From an uncultured SAR324 cluster bacterium (GTDB lineage: Bacteria > SAR324 > NAC60-12): a stretch of DNA of 64,000 bases. The notes under the pieces are model-generated. The model did not search any database and had not been told where the DNA came from. It was given only the letters and a program-made list of their open reading frames with translations. Positions 61,330 to 64,000 of the stretch are shown here, in pieces. The DNA is taken from positions 664,915 through 728,914 of the forward strand of contig CAJJCY010000002.1 in assembly GCA_905182865.1 (NCBI GenBank). The letters are read 5' to 3'. Positions within the stretch are counted from its first letter, which is position 1. The number at the start of each line of letters is the position of its first letter. Made by a program: the position numbers and the translations under genes.

Positions 61330-61736
61330 ACAAATATAGCTGGAATTGGTGGGAGACTTGCATACTTGCTGATCTAATTAAGTGATCTCATGGGAGGCCA
61401 CTGTTTCCCAAGGATGGGAAAAATTGCCAGGGACGACAAGCTTTATTCAATGGCCTCCCGTGTATCTGTTTTTGATGCTGATATTCTACTCGGGGAATCA
61501 GTCTTTTTCCTCAGCAATCCCTCAAGCTGTTCCAGAAAAAATCCGGACAGACTTTACTATTCTTAAGACTTCAAAAGTTGATTTCAAAAAGAATCAAAAG
61601 TTCCGTTTTTTCGTTACTTTTGTATACTCGTGAGTCACTTTTTCTCGTAAAATACTTATATTATTTGTTACGGCTTGTCATTTATACTTAAAAATGAGAA
61701 CTGTTAGCCAACCGCTTTTGACCTTAAATTTCTACC

Positions 61737-64000
61737 CTAAACAGTAAAAACCTGCTCGAGAATTTTTAAACTTTTAAGGATTGCATTCATTTCCGGAGGC
61801 ACATTTTTATAGTCAAGAGTATTTTCAGGAATATAACTCAACGGTGTTTCCTGCTCACAGAGCCAACCAACAAGTTTCTCATGATTGAGTCTGGAAGCAT
61901 CTTTGACTTGTATTCTTAATCGGTTTTTTTCATGTTCTATTTTCTCAACTCCATGGAGTTGCCCCCAAAGCCTGACTTCTGCATTCCTAAAAATATTCAG
62001 CACTGATTCCGGGAGTATCCCAAAACGATCCTCAACACCGTTACGGAATTCCCACAGCTCTTCCTTTGTCGGCAACGTACCCAACGCTTTGTAGAGCGAA
62101 AGGCGGTGACTGGAACTGTGAATATAGGATTCTGGAATGGATTGTTCAATATGATCCAATCTGACCTGAATATCTTCCGGAGCCAAACCTGATTCGGTTT
62201 GCAGAAGTTTTTTAACAGCCCTGTCCACCATTTGAGTGTAAAGTTCGAGCCCAACACTTGCGATTTGTCCGGATTGCTCTGAGCCCAGTAAGTTTCCTGC
62301 TCCCCGGATTTCCAAATCCCTTGATGCAACTTTAAATCCTGCTCCAAGATCATTGAGATCCTGCAGTACCTGTAAACGTTCATGTGCTACTCCGCTTAGT
62401 ATTTTTTCTGCAGGAACAAGCAGATACGCATAGGCCTGCACATCGCTTCTACCTACTCTTCCACGCAATTGATAGAGCTGGGACAATCCAAAATTTTGTG
62501 CGTTATTTATGATGATCGTGTTGGCTCTCGGGATATCAAGTCCGGACTCGATGATTGTAGTTGAGAGCAGTACGTCAAAGCGGCCTTCAATATAATCAAG
62601 CATTACTTTTTCCAGATTTTGTTCTCTCATTTGTCCATGTGCAATTGCAATCCGGATGTTGGGAAGAATACTTTCCAGGTAACGTCCATATTCATAAATC
62701 GTTTCAACGCGGTTATGTACAACAAAAACTTGTCCCCCCCGACGAATTTCCCGGCTGACTGATTCCTGAATAATATAATCATTCATCGGCAGCAACCTGG
62801 TTCGTATCGCCCTGCGGTCTGCGGGAGGTGTGTTAACCAAACTCAAATCACGAATCCCCATCAGGGACATGTGAAGCGTACGTGGAATTGGAGTTGCCGA
62901 AAGGGTAAGTACATCAACTGCTGCTCTGAAACGTTTTATTTTTTCCTTGTGTTTTACTCCAAAGCGCTGCTCCTCATCCACAACCAGCAAACCCAAATCA
63001 TTGAACTTTACATCTTTATTAACTATTTGATGAGTACCAATAATAATATCAATTTTTCCTTCAATGCTATCGTTTAAGAATATTCTTTTGTTAAGTATTC
63101 TGGTCGTCATTTTGATGGCCTATTTTGTAAATCAAACTGATCAGAAGTTTTAATGTTGCTGAGCCAGAATTGTAGTTGGTACCAGGATAGCGACTTGTTT
63201 TTCCTGTTGTGCAGCTTTGAATGCACCACGCATGGCAATTTCAGTTTTTCCAAAACCTACATCGCCACAGACAAGTCGGTCCATTGGCAATTTTGTTTCC
63301 ATGTCCTCCTTGACAGACCTTATTACTTCCTGTTGATCAGGAGTCTCCTCAAAAGGAAAGCGCAGTTCAAATTCACGCATTTCATGATCATCCTGAGCAA
63401 AGGCAAAACCCTTCTGTGCTTTGCGTTCAGCATAAATCTGGGCAAGTTCTTCTGCAATGTCATCTACTGCACGTGCTACTTTTGTACGGGTTTTTTTCCA
63501 TGCTTTTTCTCCAAGTTTGCTAAGTTTTGGAGCAGTTCCGTCTGCATTGACATACTTCTGTACCAAGTGAAATTTAGCAACAGGCACATAAACTTTTTCT
63601 TCACGGGCATAGATGAGCTGCATAAATTCGTTGTTTGAACCTCCTGCAGTAATTTTCTGCAAACCGTGGTAACGCCCAATTCCGTAATCTAAATGAACGA
63701 CATGATCACCCTCCCGCAAATCATCTAAATTTCCTGTTACCTGCTGAACTTGCGAGCGCTGCAACCGTCTACTTCGTTTTTTTTCGCCAAAAACCTCTTC
63801 TTGAGTCAGTAAAATAAATTGTGTTTGGCCATCTGCATCAAGTCTCCGAAAACCGGAAGAAACATTTCCACATAAAATCGGGATCTTCTCTTGTAATCTT
63901 TCAACAGTGTTGCTTTCCAGCCACTTTGGCCAAGGACAGTCTTTCGCAACTTGTTGCTTTCCCGCAACAATACTTTCCACACCTAAATCTTCCAGCAACT
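61737..64000 (-). CDS. mfd: Transcription-repair coupling factor (5' end outside window; frame broken ~63060-63150)
   Basis: [67 protein letters not shown]. Confidence 0.96.

Overview
AT-rich bacterial chromosomal segment, mostly housekeeping genes: mutS, coaD, rpsU, pspA, rpoN, lptB, ccmB, tRNA-Gln, lptD, yggS, ispG, dgt, infA, argS, mtnN, murG, a long RSH, a GCS2 ligase, folC, hflC, prmA, aroQ, comEC, meaB/scpA, polA and mfd. Gene content and style suggest a marine deltaproteobacterium-like lineage such as SAR324 (inference only). The main hidden signals are two UGA-recoded selenoprotein genes that the ORF track misses or splits: an Rdx/SelW-type CxxU protein at 2283-2501 and a GrdB/PrdB-like UxxC protein at 15530-16321. 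Each has a SECIS-like hairpin just after the UGA. Other notable items are a long RSH whose synthetase motifs look eroded, two copies of a ~145-bp MITE-like element (one supplies the ispG stop codon), a truncated attC-like site after an alcohol dehydrogenase gene, an orphan FliN/FliM-like pair with a perfect 14x9-bp repeat, a helical module inserted in LptD, a possible structured RNA at ~61.4 kb, and several decayed pseudogenes. Many conserved genes (rpoN, folC, prmA, scpA, mfd and others) carry frameshifts or garbled patches that are most likely assembly or consensus errors. All family calls come from motif recognition by eye; no database searches were run.
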